Source of the DNA: Candidatus Taenariivivens baikalensis
GTDB lineage: Bacteria > Omnitrophota > Omnitrophia > Omnitrophales > Aquincolibacteriaceae
DNA length: 64,000 bases
Assembly (NCBI GenBank): GCA_009691445.1
Contig: SICL01000007.1
Coordinates: 6,916-70,915 of the forward strand
Direction: 5' to 3'
Numbering within the stretch: position 1 is the first letter of the stretch; every line of letters starts with the position of its first letter. This document shows positions 1 to 12,000 of this stretch, piece by piece. Under the pieces are notes generated by a model, which saw only the letters and a program-made list of their open reading frames with translations, ran no database searches and was not told the origin of the DNA. The position numbers were made by a program, and so were the translations under genes.

Positions 1-3000
1 CTGGGCCTGTGAACGAATCATGTCAGGAACTGTCCAGGAGTACGCTCCCGCATTATCCCACGCCGCGGTCAGTGTCTGAATGTCCCGGTGAAACTGATCG
101 CTGGAAAGATCGATTTTGACTTTAGGAATAGATCCCGAAGTCTTCCATTTAATTTCCTGTGTTTCTCCGACCTTCCAGATTTCTCCGCCCGCCGGACTCA
201 GAAGCTGCAGGGTTCCACCGATATGAAAAACCGGGGAAAGGGACAAGACACTTTGATCCTGTGCGTTCATGATGCGAAGCTGCATTTCATTTGTAGCAAG
301 ATCGGGGACGGTCCAATTATAGTTTCCGGAATTAGCCAGCCCGATAATCACCGGCGTCGCATGAGAGAAATTATCATCAGAATATTCCAGAGTTACATAG
401 GGAATCATACCGTGTGTCGACCAGCTGATGGCTTTTTCAGCCCCGGACACCCAGAAATCCTGAGCTACAGGACTGATGAAATTTAAAGCCCCCTGAATTT
501 TCACAGGAGATGCGCTCGTCGCATAAACATGATCATCCTGAGCATCCAGCACACGAACCTTTAGCTGATTGGAAACCACATCTGGAATCTTCCATTCATA
601 ACGGCCCACGTTCGGAGTGACAGCGCTCATCGGTGTGGAAGAAACAAAGTCATCCGTAGAATATTCCAAACGTACCCGTAAAATACCGCCATTGGTATCC
701 CACTCAAGGGTCTCGGTATTCCCAACCGTCCAGATCTGTCCGGCACTAGGGCGTTTAAGAAAAAAACTTCCTGCGATTGTCAGTGCCTGCTCACTGGTCA
801 TCTCCACCGAGAGATTCATAGAATCCGCAACCCGGACCCAGATACTCGAACTGATATCATCCGGAACTTTCCAGAGATAATGTCCGGTATTAGGAAGCAA
901 CTGGCTAATGGGTTGGCGATGACGAATAAACTGATCTTTAGAATATTCGAGGTTCACTTGAGCGATTGTCCCCAGAGTAGCCCAACTGATTTCCTGATGA
1001 CTCCCCGCTTCCCAGCGCTCTCCGCCCTGCGGAGTTTCAAGCCTGAGTCGCCCTACAACTGCAATGGGAAAGGGTGAAAGGGTTTGCACATCCGGATTCT
1101 GGGCATCGGAAATACGAACCGTCAGTTCTTGGGTCACGAGATCAGGAATTTCCCATAGGTACCGACCGGAATTAGCATCGGGAGAATTAATGACGTGGCT
1201 ATCGTGACGAAAAGAATCCGTAGAGTATTCGATTTTAACCTGATGAATCGACCCGCGGGATTCCCAAACAATCTCTTTCTTGCTCCCCACCTGCCATTTT
1301 TCCTTCTTGTCAGGAAAAATCATACGGAGAGTTCCTTCAATTTTAACAGGAGAAGCGCTCTCCGAGAAAACCACGGAATTAGAAACATCCACAACCCTGA
1401 CTCGAATAGACGACGGGAGATTGTCCGGAAGACGCCAAAGATAAATGCCGTGGTTCGGCAAATGGTCCTGGATCACAAGCCACTCGGATCGGCGTTTTTC
1501 ATTGCGAGCCAAAAGCGAAGCAATCTCAGGATAGATTGCTCCGATCGCTTCACTCCCTCGTCCGCCAGAGGACGGATCCGTCCAGCGTTGTGTGGTGGGC
1601 AATGACGAGTCCATATTGGAATATTCCAGCCGAACTTCGGCAATGCTTCCCACGCTTTTCCATTGAAGGGACTGTTCGCTTCCCACTTTCCAGATTTCTT
1701 CTCCAGCCGGCTTCAACAATGCGAGCTTTCCTTGAATCTTGACCGGAGCTTCATGACCCGCAACGACAGAGGCATCTGCCGCATTCACCACACGTACCCA
1801 GATTTGGTCGCTCATCGCATCCGGAACCAGCCACTCATAAAGCCCTTCATTTTTTAAATCACGGATAATAGTCTGGCGATCCTGGCGGAAGCCGTCGCGA
1901 GAAAACTCGAGATGGACACTCGGAATAGTTCCGATAGTTTTCCAATTTAAAGTTGCGTGCCCTTCGACAAAGAAAATCTCTCCGCCTTTGGGATTAAGCA
2001 GTTCAAAATGCCCGCTAATCTTGAAAGGTTTTATAGTCATAGACTGAACGGCCGAATCTTTGGCATCCGAAACCCTCATCCAGAGATGATCTGAAATTGC
2101 ATCGGGGATGATCCAGTCATAATGTCCGCTTTGGCTGGAAATTGTCCCGATTTTTCGGCGATCTGAAACGAACTGATCCGTGGAAAATTCAAGATCCACG
2201 GCAGGAATAGAGCCGACGGTCTTCCACTCCACAGTCTGTTTCTCACCCACCTGGAAGGTCTGGTTTCCCGCAGGTTGAAGTACGCGGAGGCCCCCTCGAA
2301 TCTCAAACGGATCACTGACCGCAAAGACGGACGGATCCTCTGAATTAATGATTTTCACCACCACCTGTTTGGCAATTAAATCCGGAACCTTCCAGGCATA
2401 GGCATTATCATTCGGCCCCGCTTTTTCGATGGCGATTGATTTTTCCTGAAAATTATCCGCGGAAACCTCCAGATCGATCCGTGAAATCGTGCCGAGAGTA
2501 TCCCATTGTAATTTCCTCGTTTCACCGACAAGCCAGTTCTCAGCGCTCTCAGGCATATGAAATTTAAAGCTTCCAATAATCTTGATTTGCTTTTGGGAAA
2601 GAGTCGCCACTGTAGCATCACGGGCATCCGAAACGCGGATCAGAATCTTGCTGTTTGTTTTATCAGGAATCGTCCACAAGAAACTTCCTTGATTCGGGAT
2701 ACCCGTTTGAATCGTATGAAATTCCTGGCTCGTCATGGCTTCTTTCGTTGAAACCATGTATTCCAGTTTGACCTGAGGAACCGTGCCGATTGTTTGCCAT
2801 TCGATCTTTTGTTCACTGCCCACATTCCAAATAGGATTTCCTTCCGGTTCCAAGAAAACAAAATCTCCCATAATGGAAATGGGGTCTTTATGGATTGAGG
2901 CAACCCGCGGATCCGTTGCAGAGGAAACGCGGATTTTCACCTTGTCAGAAATATCGTCGGGCACAGTCCACATTAAATGCCCCGTATTAGCCACTTGATC

Positions 3001-6000
3001 CTGAATCAGGTGAATGTCTTTTTGAAATTGATCCCGAGAATACTCAATCTTTACCTGCGGCAGTGTTCCCACTGAATTCCAAACAATCTCATGTTTGGTA
3101 TCCACAATCCATCGCTCGCGTCCGTGCGGCTCAAAAAGTTGAATGCCGCCCTGAATGGCAAAGGGGGTACCGGAGATGCTGTTGACGAGCGGATCACGCG
3201 CATCGGAAACTCGGATGCGGACGGTATTCGAAATGTCATTAGGAACCATCCACTGAAAAATACCCTGATTATCCACGGAACCCGTCACGAGGTTCCAAAG
3301 GGTGTTCCCTTCCTTATCCTGGGCGGGATCCGAAACGGAATATTCCAAGCGAATTTGCGGGATCGTTCCCACCGTACTCCAGCGCACGGCTTGCCGGGCG
3401 GCCACTTGCGCGGCCACTCCCGCTTTGGGTTCCAAGAGGCTGAGTGCTCCAACAATAGGGATAGGCGTTTGCGATACTCCAAAAATAGTTTCCGTACGAA
3501 TGTCACTGACTCGTAAACGAATGCGGTCGGAAATATCGTCCGGAACATTCCAGAAAAAATTACCTTTATTTTTCAGCGCATCCGCAATGAGAACCGGATG
3601 AGCCACACCGTCTTCTTTGAAATATTCCAAACGCACGACCGGGATAGTTCCCGTAGTATTCCACATCACATTCCTCTTCGATCCAACCACAAAGCGCGGC
3701 TGATCGACCTCTTCCATCAAGGTCAAGGCACCCTGGATATCGAGAGACTGCGGCGTCGCATCCGCGACACTAAAATTAAATTCGTCCATCACGCGCACCT
3801 TCACTCCGGCACCGATATCATCCGGGATCTGCCAGTCCCAAAGTCCGGTATTGAGTACATTAGAAGCAATGATGTGGATATCACTGTGAAAATTGTCGCG
3901 AGAATACTCGATACGGACTTTCGGAACCGTTCCCATGGTTTCCCATTTCAGCTCACGATGGCCCAGCACCGTTAAGATTTCATGCGACTGCAGGGTGGTG
4001 AGCTGAATGCGCCCTTGAATCTTCACAGGATTTGACATCGCCGCAACTTGGGCATCTTTGGCATTTAGGATGCGGAATTTGAGGCTGGTCGAGATCACAT
4101 CGGGCACTTTCCATTCATAGCGATTTTTGTTCGCCAGCCTATTTTCAATCACTTGAATATCTTTTTGAAAATCATCCCGCGAAAACTCGATACGCACTTG
4201 GGGAATCGTTCCGGTGGTTGTCCAAGTGAGCTCTCTGGGTTCTCCCACGGTCCAGGTTTCATTTTGAGTTGGAAGTGTCACGGCCAAAGCACCCGTAATT
4301 TTGAAAGATTTGAGAGAGGTCGTCACCGCCCGGGGATCTTCGGCATCAGAGATTCGAATCGTCACGTGATCAGCAATAACATCGGGAATTTTCCACATCA
4401 ACATGCCGGCATTGGGAGTTTGAGTCACGATGACATTGATATCACGATAAAAATCATCGCGGGAATATTCCACATGGACTTTGGGAATATCTCCCCGTGA
4501 GATCCAGGCAATCGGTTGCGTGGATCCCACGCCCCACACTTCATCGCCTTTGGGGCTGATAAGGCCAAAAGTCCCTATAATGGAAAATGGCTGTTTGGAC
4601 TCAGAAAAAACTTGTGGATCCCGCGCGTCCGAGATACGCACCTTAATGTCATCCGCAATCTGATTCGGCACAAACCATTCAAAACGATTTTGATTCGCCG
4701 CGTCTTCTTTAATCAAAAAGCTTTGCCGTTCAACCCTATTGGGAACTGGTCTTACTTGCTGACCTGTCCCTAATAGGGTTGACGATAAAAATTCAAGCTT
4801 GATTTGGGGAATGGTTCCCGTGGTTTTCCACTCAATGACTTGAGATTGTCCCACACCCCAGACCTCTGCACCGCTGGGCGTTACAAGATCGAGCCGGCCG
4901 CGAATCTGAAAATTGGGTGACACCGCAAACGCCGCGTTATTATCTCCATCACGGATGCGCAGCCGCGCTGTGGATGAAATGCTATCTGGAACCGTCCATT
5001 TGAAGCCCCCTAAATCTTGTACGGGACCTGCAATCGCCGCCCAGTTCTCCCCGCCCACGGAATATTCCAGCCACGTCCGTTGAATTTTCCCAAGGGTATT
5101 CCAGGCAATTTCTTTGATCGATCCAACTTCCGAAATCTCTCCGGCTTTGGGTTCCTTGAATTCAAAACGGGCAGCAATTGTAATCTTTTCTTTTAGCTCG
5201 CTAAGCACTTCAGAATTATTGGAATCTGAAATCCGGATTTTTATCTCTTTGGCCACATCATCGGGAATCTGCCATCCATAACTTCCAGTATTGGGGATGC
5301 CCCGAGCGATTGGCTTCCATCCCTTTTGCTCTGGAAGCCGGTAGCTCAAACTCACTTGCGCAATACTTCCCACGGATTTCCAGAAGATGGTTTGTGAAGT
5401 CCCCACAGGCCAATTGATTTGGCCTTCAGAAATTCTTCCATTCAAACGGCCGCGAATGTGGAACGGCTCGGAAATGAAAACACTGTCCGGTTCCTGCGCA
5501 TCTGAAATCTTGAAACGTATTGTTTCACTAATCTTGTCCGGCACGGTCCAAAAATAATTATCATGATTCGCCCAGTAGCTTTCAATCAATTCATACTTAC
5601 CCAACTCAGGGCCGGTTTGATCCGTTGAAGAAAATTCGAGTTTCACGCTCGGAACATGCCCCAGAGTTTGCCACTTCATCTCGAATTTGTCCGAAACAAA
5701 AAGATTTTGACCCGGCTTCGGAGACGCCAATGAAAATTGCGCCAGAATTTTGAAGGGTTTCTCGCTTTCCCCATAGACTTGGGCATTCTCCAAGTCCGTC
5801 GCACGCACCTTAACTCCGGCTCCGACATCATCCGGAATCTGCCAATCCCACAGCCCTGAATTGGGCGCCTTGGGAGCGATCATTTGGACATCACTGCGAA
5901 AATTGTCGCGGGAATATTCAAGGCGAACTTTCGGAATGGTCCCTGTGGTTTCCCACCGAATCGGACAATGTCCTCTCACCGTCAAAGCCTCCCCCAGCTG

Positions 6001-9000
6001 AGGTGAGCTGAGATGAATGCGGCCTTGAATTTTCAAGGGATTCGTCAGCGCATAAATCTTAGCATCGTTAGCATTGGCAACACGAAATCGAGCACTGCTT
6101 GAGATGACGTCCGGGACTTTCCACTCGTAACGGTTTTTATTGACCCACACATTTTCAATCACCTGAACATCTTTTTGAAAATTATCCCTTGAAAATTCAA
6201 TCCGTATTTGAGGAATGGTTCCCGTCGTCGTCCAGATTAACTCTTTCAGTTCGCCCACCGTCCAAGTCTCATTCGATCCCGGAAGTTTCATGGCGAGCGC
6301 CCCTGCAATCTTGAAAGGCTTGGTTAGCGTCATCTGGGCCCGGGAATCTTCCGCATTCAAAATACGCAGTGTCACTTGATCAGAAATCATATTGGGAATT
6401 TTCCATGTCAGCATGCCCGTGTTCGCGGCTTCTGTCACAATCGCATTAATATCCCGATAAAAATCATCACGGGAATATTCCAAACGAATTTTGGGAACGC
6501 TTCCCTGTGTCATCCAGTTTATCGATTGAGAGGAACCCACAATCCACACTTCGCTGCCTTGAGGACTGATCAGGCGAAACGTCCCAATCACGGAAAAGGG
6601 CTTTTTGGATTCAGAATAAACTTGAGGATCACGAACATCCGTAACACGCACTGAGACATCATTCGCAATCCGGTTTGGAATCACACACTCAAAGCGATTT
6701 TGATTCACCACGCCGTCTTTGATCAAAAAGATTTGACGTTCAACCCTATTGGGGACAGTTCTTACCTGCTGACCTGTCCCCAATAGGGTTGAAGATAAGA
6801 ATTCGAGTTTGATCTTAGGAATAGTTCCTGTGGTCTTCCATTCAATGACCTGGGAATTCCCCACGCCCCAGACCTCACCCCCATTGGGGCTTGTAAGACT
6901 AAGACCTCCGCGGATCTGAAAATTGGACGAAATCGCAAACGCAGCATCATTGTCCCCGTCACGAATCCGCAGCCGAGCCGTGGATGAAATGGCATCCGGG
7001 ACCGTCCATTCAAAACTTCCCGAGTCTGGCACGGGGCCTGCCACCGGGATCCATCCGCCTCCATTCGCCGAGTATTCCAGCCACGCACGCTGAATTTTCC
7101 CGAAAGTATTCCAGGAGATTTCTTGGGTCGCTCCCACTTCCAAAATCTCTCCAGCCTTAGGCTCCTTAAATTCTAAGCGGGCAGCAATCGTAATTTTGTC
7201 TTTGAGTTCATCAAAAACTTCAGAATTATTCGAATCCGCGACACGAAGTTTCACCTTTTGGGCGACATCATCAGGAATTTTCCAGCCGTAGCTTCCTGTA
7301 TTAGGAATACCGCGAATGATAACCTTCCAGTCATTTTGTTCTGGAAGCTGGTAGCTTAAATCAACCTGTTCGATACTTCCCACCGATTTCCAGAAAATCG
7401 TTTGCGCGGTACCCACGGGCCAATTGATTTGACCTTCTGAAATTTTTCCCGTTAATCGGCCGCGAATTCGGAAGGGTTCGGAGAGAGTAAAGCTGTCTGG
7501 CTCCCGAGCATCGGAGATTTTAAGTCGAATGGCTTCATTGATCGTGTCCGGAACCGTCCAGAAATAATTACCCCGGTTTGCCCAATCACTTTCGATCAAT
7601 TCGAATTGATTCGTCTCACGGCTATTTTCGTCCGCTGCAGAAAATTCAAGTTTGACGCTCGGAACATTCCCCAAGGTCTTCCACTTGAGTTCGAATTTAT
7701 CGGCCACAAAGAGATTCTGGCTGGGTTTAGGCGATAGGGTGGGAAATTGCGCTAAGATTTTGAACGGCTTTTCGCTGATCTGGACAGCCTGCGAATCCTG
7801 GGTATCGAGGACACGCATTTTCACCTGGGAGGAAACATCCGCGGGAATTTCCCAAGAAAACTCACCCTTGTTTTGAATCGGGCGAGTGACATCCTTCCAT
7901 TCAACCGGCCCTTTATCCGTAAAAATTCCATACTGCAGAATGACGCGAGGACTTGTTCCGAAAGTTTTCCATTGAATCGTTTCACGCTGCCCTACTTTCC
8001 AAGGCTCCCCGCCATTCGGATGAATGATGCCGTAACCCGGAACAACTTTTAAAAAACTTGGGGAAATGCCCAGAGACGCGGAATGGGCGGCGTCCATGAC
8101 ACGTATCCTGATTTTTTCGTTGACTTGATCCGGGATGGTCCACGACACCTTTCCCGTATTCGGAAGATCACGCGCAATCACGGACGTGGTCATAAAATCG
8201 TTGGTGGAATATTCGACATTCACCTTATCCAACGTTCCCCGCCAATCCCACTCTACGGCATGCTCACTCCCCACTTTCCACATATCCCCGGCCTTGGGTT
8301 TAAGCACCTGAATCTTTGGAAGAATGCTGAAGGCATGATCGGACCCATCTCGGACTTTATCATTTTTCTGACTGATGACCCGGATCACCGCAGACTGCGT
8401 AATATCATCCCCCGGAGTCCAGACAAAGGGAGATTTATCCGAAACGTCCTGGGCAATCGGGTGAACATCTTTAACAAAGCCATCTTTGGAGTACTCCATT
8501 TTAAGGGCCCCCACAGATCCAATACTGACCCATCGAATTTCCGCAGGCTGACCGACAAAGAAATTCTCTTCTCCGTTCGGAGACGTCACAATAATGTCCG
8601 GGCGGATTTCAAACGGTGCGTTTGAAGCATCCCAAGCGTCTAAATCACTATCATTGATCACCCGAACCTTGGCGGCTTTGCTAACATCATTCGGGACCAT
8701 CCATTCAAAGGAACCGCCGTTGGCAATGCGGTCCACAATATTTTTCCATTCCAGACCCGTCGCGTACTGGAGCCGGATCTTCTCGGTCCCGCCGATCGTC
8801 TTCCAGGAAATTTTCTGTTTGCTTCCCACTTTCCAGACTTCGTTACCGTCCGGAGAGATCATCACAAATCCGGGCATGATCTTGAAAGGTTTATCCGAGA
8901 GATCAAAGGCTTTGGGATTTGATGCGTCAGAAATACGAACCGTAACCGCTTTCCCAAGAGCGGGAGGGAGCGTCCAAGGATAATTTCCTGTATTGGTGTA

Positions 9001-12000
9001 GGAACTTTCAATCACATTCACATCATGATCGAAATTATCCGTAGAAAATTCGAGCCGCGCATTCGGAACCGAGCCCAGGGTATCCCAGACGATTTTTTGC
9101 GTGGCCCCAGCAGCCCATTTTTCACCTCCATTGGGAATGAGGAGAGTGAATGTTCCCGCAAACATCACGGGATGAGAAGTCGCAGAATAAAGTTCCTCAT
9201 CATCCCAATCCGCGAGTTTAAAAATGACGTTCTTGGAGATATCATCCGGAATCTTAAAAAGAAAATATTCCTGATTGTCCAATCCCTCGGCCAGAGTTTT
9301 CCAGGTGATCTTTTTTCCGTTCGTTATCGAATCAACGGATGCCGGTGTCGCATACTGAATCAGCACCCGCGCAACATTCCCGTAGGTATGCCAACGAATT
9401 TCCTGATCACTTCCCACAGGCCAAATCTCTGCTCCACGAGGATAAACGATTTCAAAGGGCGAGTTGAGTGCAAAGGGGTGATCCGATTCATCGCATATTT
9501 CAGGGTTTTGGGAATCACAGACTTTGACTTTAAATTTTTCACCGACCAAACGAGGAATATCCCACACATAGCGTCCGGAATTAACCACGCCCTTGTCGAT
9601 CACAAACCTATTGTCATCGTGATTATTAGAGCACTCCTCTTTGGCATCATTTTGAACCGCGCAGAAACTCAAATCGACTTCCGGCATCGTTCCTACACTC
9701 ACCCAGCTGATTTCCCTTTTCTCCAGCGCATGCCAAATCTCCTGTCCATTGGGTCCCATCATTTGAAAGGACCCAGCAATCTGGAAGGGGGTTTTGCTCA
9801 TAACCTGCGTTTGGGAGTCCGTTAAATCCATCACGCGAATTTTGGTATGTCTGGAAATTTCATCCGGGACCGTCCAATTGTAGATCCCCTGATTGGGTGT
9901 CGATGGGATGATTGTTTTAGCTTCCGAAATAAATCCGTCACGGGAATATTCAATTTTGACACCCTTCACTTCTCCACTCGATTTCCAGAGAATCGGATAG
10001 GTCTGCCCCACATGCCAGACTTCCCCGCCCCGGGGAGTTGTCAGACTCAAAATGGCTTGGGTCTTCATTGTCGAAGTGGAAACCACTCGTGCCCCCGGAT
10101 CACTGACATCTGAAATGCGGAATTTAATACTCTGCGCGACATAATTAGGAACAGTCCATTCATAAACGCCGGTATTGGGGACCGCTTCTGCAATCGTGGA
10201 AGAAGACTTGAAATCATCCGTAGAATATTCAATTTTCACTTTGGAAATCATGCCGCTTGTCTTCCATTGAATGGCGTGCTTCTCGCCCACGGCCCAGCCT
10301 TCTCCGCCCTTAGGACTCATGAGCGTAACGCGGGACCGAATGCGGAAATCAGAATTGGAAATATCAAATGAGTAAGAATCCCTGGGATCAGAAATCCGAA
10401 GTTTATAAAGGCCCGCGGGCATATCCGGAATTTTCCACAGATATTTTTCAAGATTTTCAACCGTATCTGAAATTTCCCAAATGCGCTTCGTGAAATTATC
10501 GTCCGAAAAATCGAGCTTCACACGATCGACATTGCCAGAGGTTTTCCAGGAAACATCAAAAGGCTCTCCCACATACAGCGATTCCCCGCCATTGGGGGAA
10601 TCCAGCATAAACCCTCCGATAATTCTCGAAGAATGAGCCATCACATACATCGATTCCGGATGGGAGGGATCCCAGATACGAAGCTTAAAGCCCTGGCCAA
10701 TCTTGTTGGGAATTTCCCATTTAAAAATTCCGTTATTCGCCGTGGCTTCGGCGAGCGTGACAAAACTCTTTGTGAAATCATCTTCTGAATAATCAATGCG
10801 AATAAAAGCCACGGAGCCCGCGCCTTTCCAGGTAATATTCTGAACGGTTCCCACCACGAGATTTTCTCCTCCCACGGGGGTGAGCAAATAAAATTTCCCG
10901 ACCACGGAAAAAACTCCGTCGGAGATAACGGCTGCCTGGGGATCTCGGGGATCTGAAATTCGAAAATAATATCCTGAGCCAATATCATCCGGAACGGTCC
11001 AGGTGTATTGGCCATGATTCAGAATGGAGGGCGCAATAACCCTCGCATCCTTATTGAAATTGTCATGTGAATATTCCAGTTTGACCTGAGGAATATTCCC
11101 CTTCGTTTCCCACTGAATACTCGCAAGAGTTCCCACTTCATATTTTTCACCACCTAAGGGACTGCTGAACTCAAACGTTCCATAGAGCCGAAAAGGGACA
11201 TCGGAGATGTCGCTAGCCTGAGGCGTATCAGGATCGGAAACCCGGACCCACACTTTCGGACTCGCATCATCCGGAAGTTTCCAGGAAAAACGCCCAATGT
11301 TGGAGGCTCGATCAATGAGGGTATGCGCATCTTTGACGAATGCATCCTTGGAATATTCCAGCCTCACCTCTTGCATTGATCCCTTGGTTTCCCATTCGAT
11401 GTCATGCTCACTCGCAATGGCCCAAGCTTCACTGCCATTCGGCGTTTGAAGAACAAATCCAGGAATAATGCGAAATGGATTTCGGCAAAGAGCTCCAGCC
11501 TGAGGATCCCCTGCATCCGTCACCCGGATCACTGCATTTTCTGTCAAGGAATCCGGAACAACCCACGCATAGCTTCCAATGTTAGTCAAACCTTTCTCGA
11601 TTAGGTTCCATTTGAATGCCTTGTCATCTAAAGCGAGCTTGCCGTCCTGAAGATCTTTTTGGAATGCCCGATCGATCGATGTATATTCGAGATTCACCGA
11701 AGAAACGGTTCCTGTCGTTTTCCAGGCAATCTTGCGGCGACTTCCTACCGTCCAGTATTCTCCGCCTTTGGGATTCAAAATCTCCATCGCGGCCATAATG
11801 ATAAACTTGGAACTATCGGAAAAAACCTTATCATCGTTTGGATCCGACACACGGATCGTTACCGCCTGATCAATCTGATCCGGAACTGGCCAAACATAAT
11901 CTCCGTGATTCGGGTAAACATTTTCAATCTTTTTCCATTCCTGTTCTCCCTCTTCATTTTTTACCGCATATTGAAGCTTGATGGCTGGAATGCTTCCAAG

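Larger units (their letters stand above)
3830..7800. repeat. Diverged intragenic tandem duplication, 2010-bp unit (7 Ig-like repeats)
   Basis: Matching blocks at a constant +2010 offset, e.g. 3881 tcactgtgaaaattgtcgcg vs 5891 tcactgcgaaaattgtcgcg, and 4731 vs 6741 caaccctattgg. Boundaries approximate. Confidence 0.88.
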
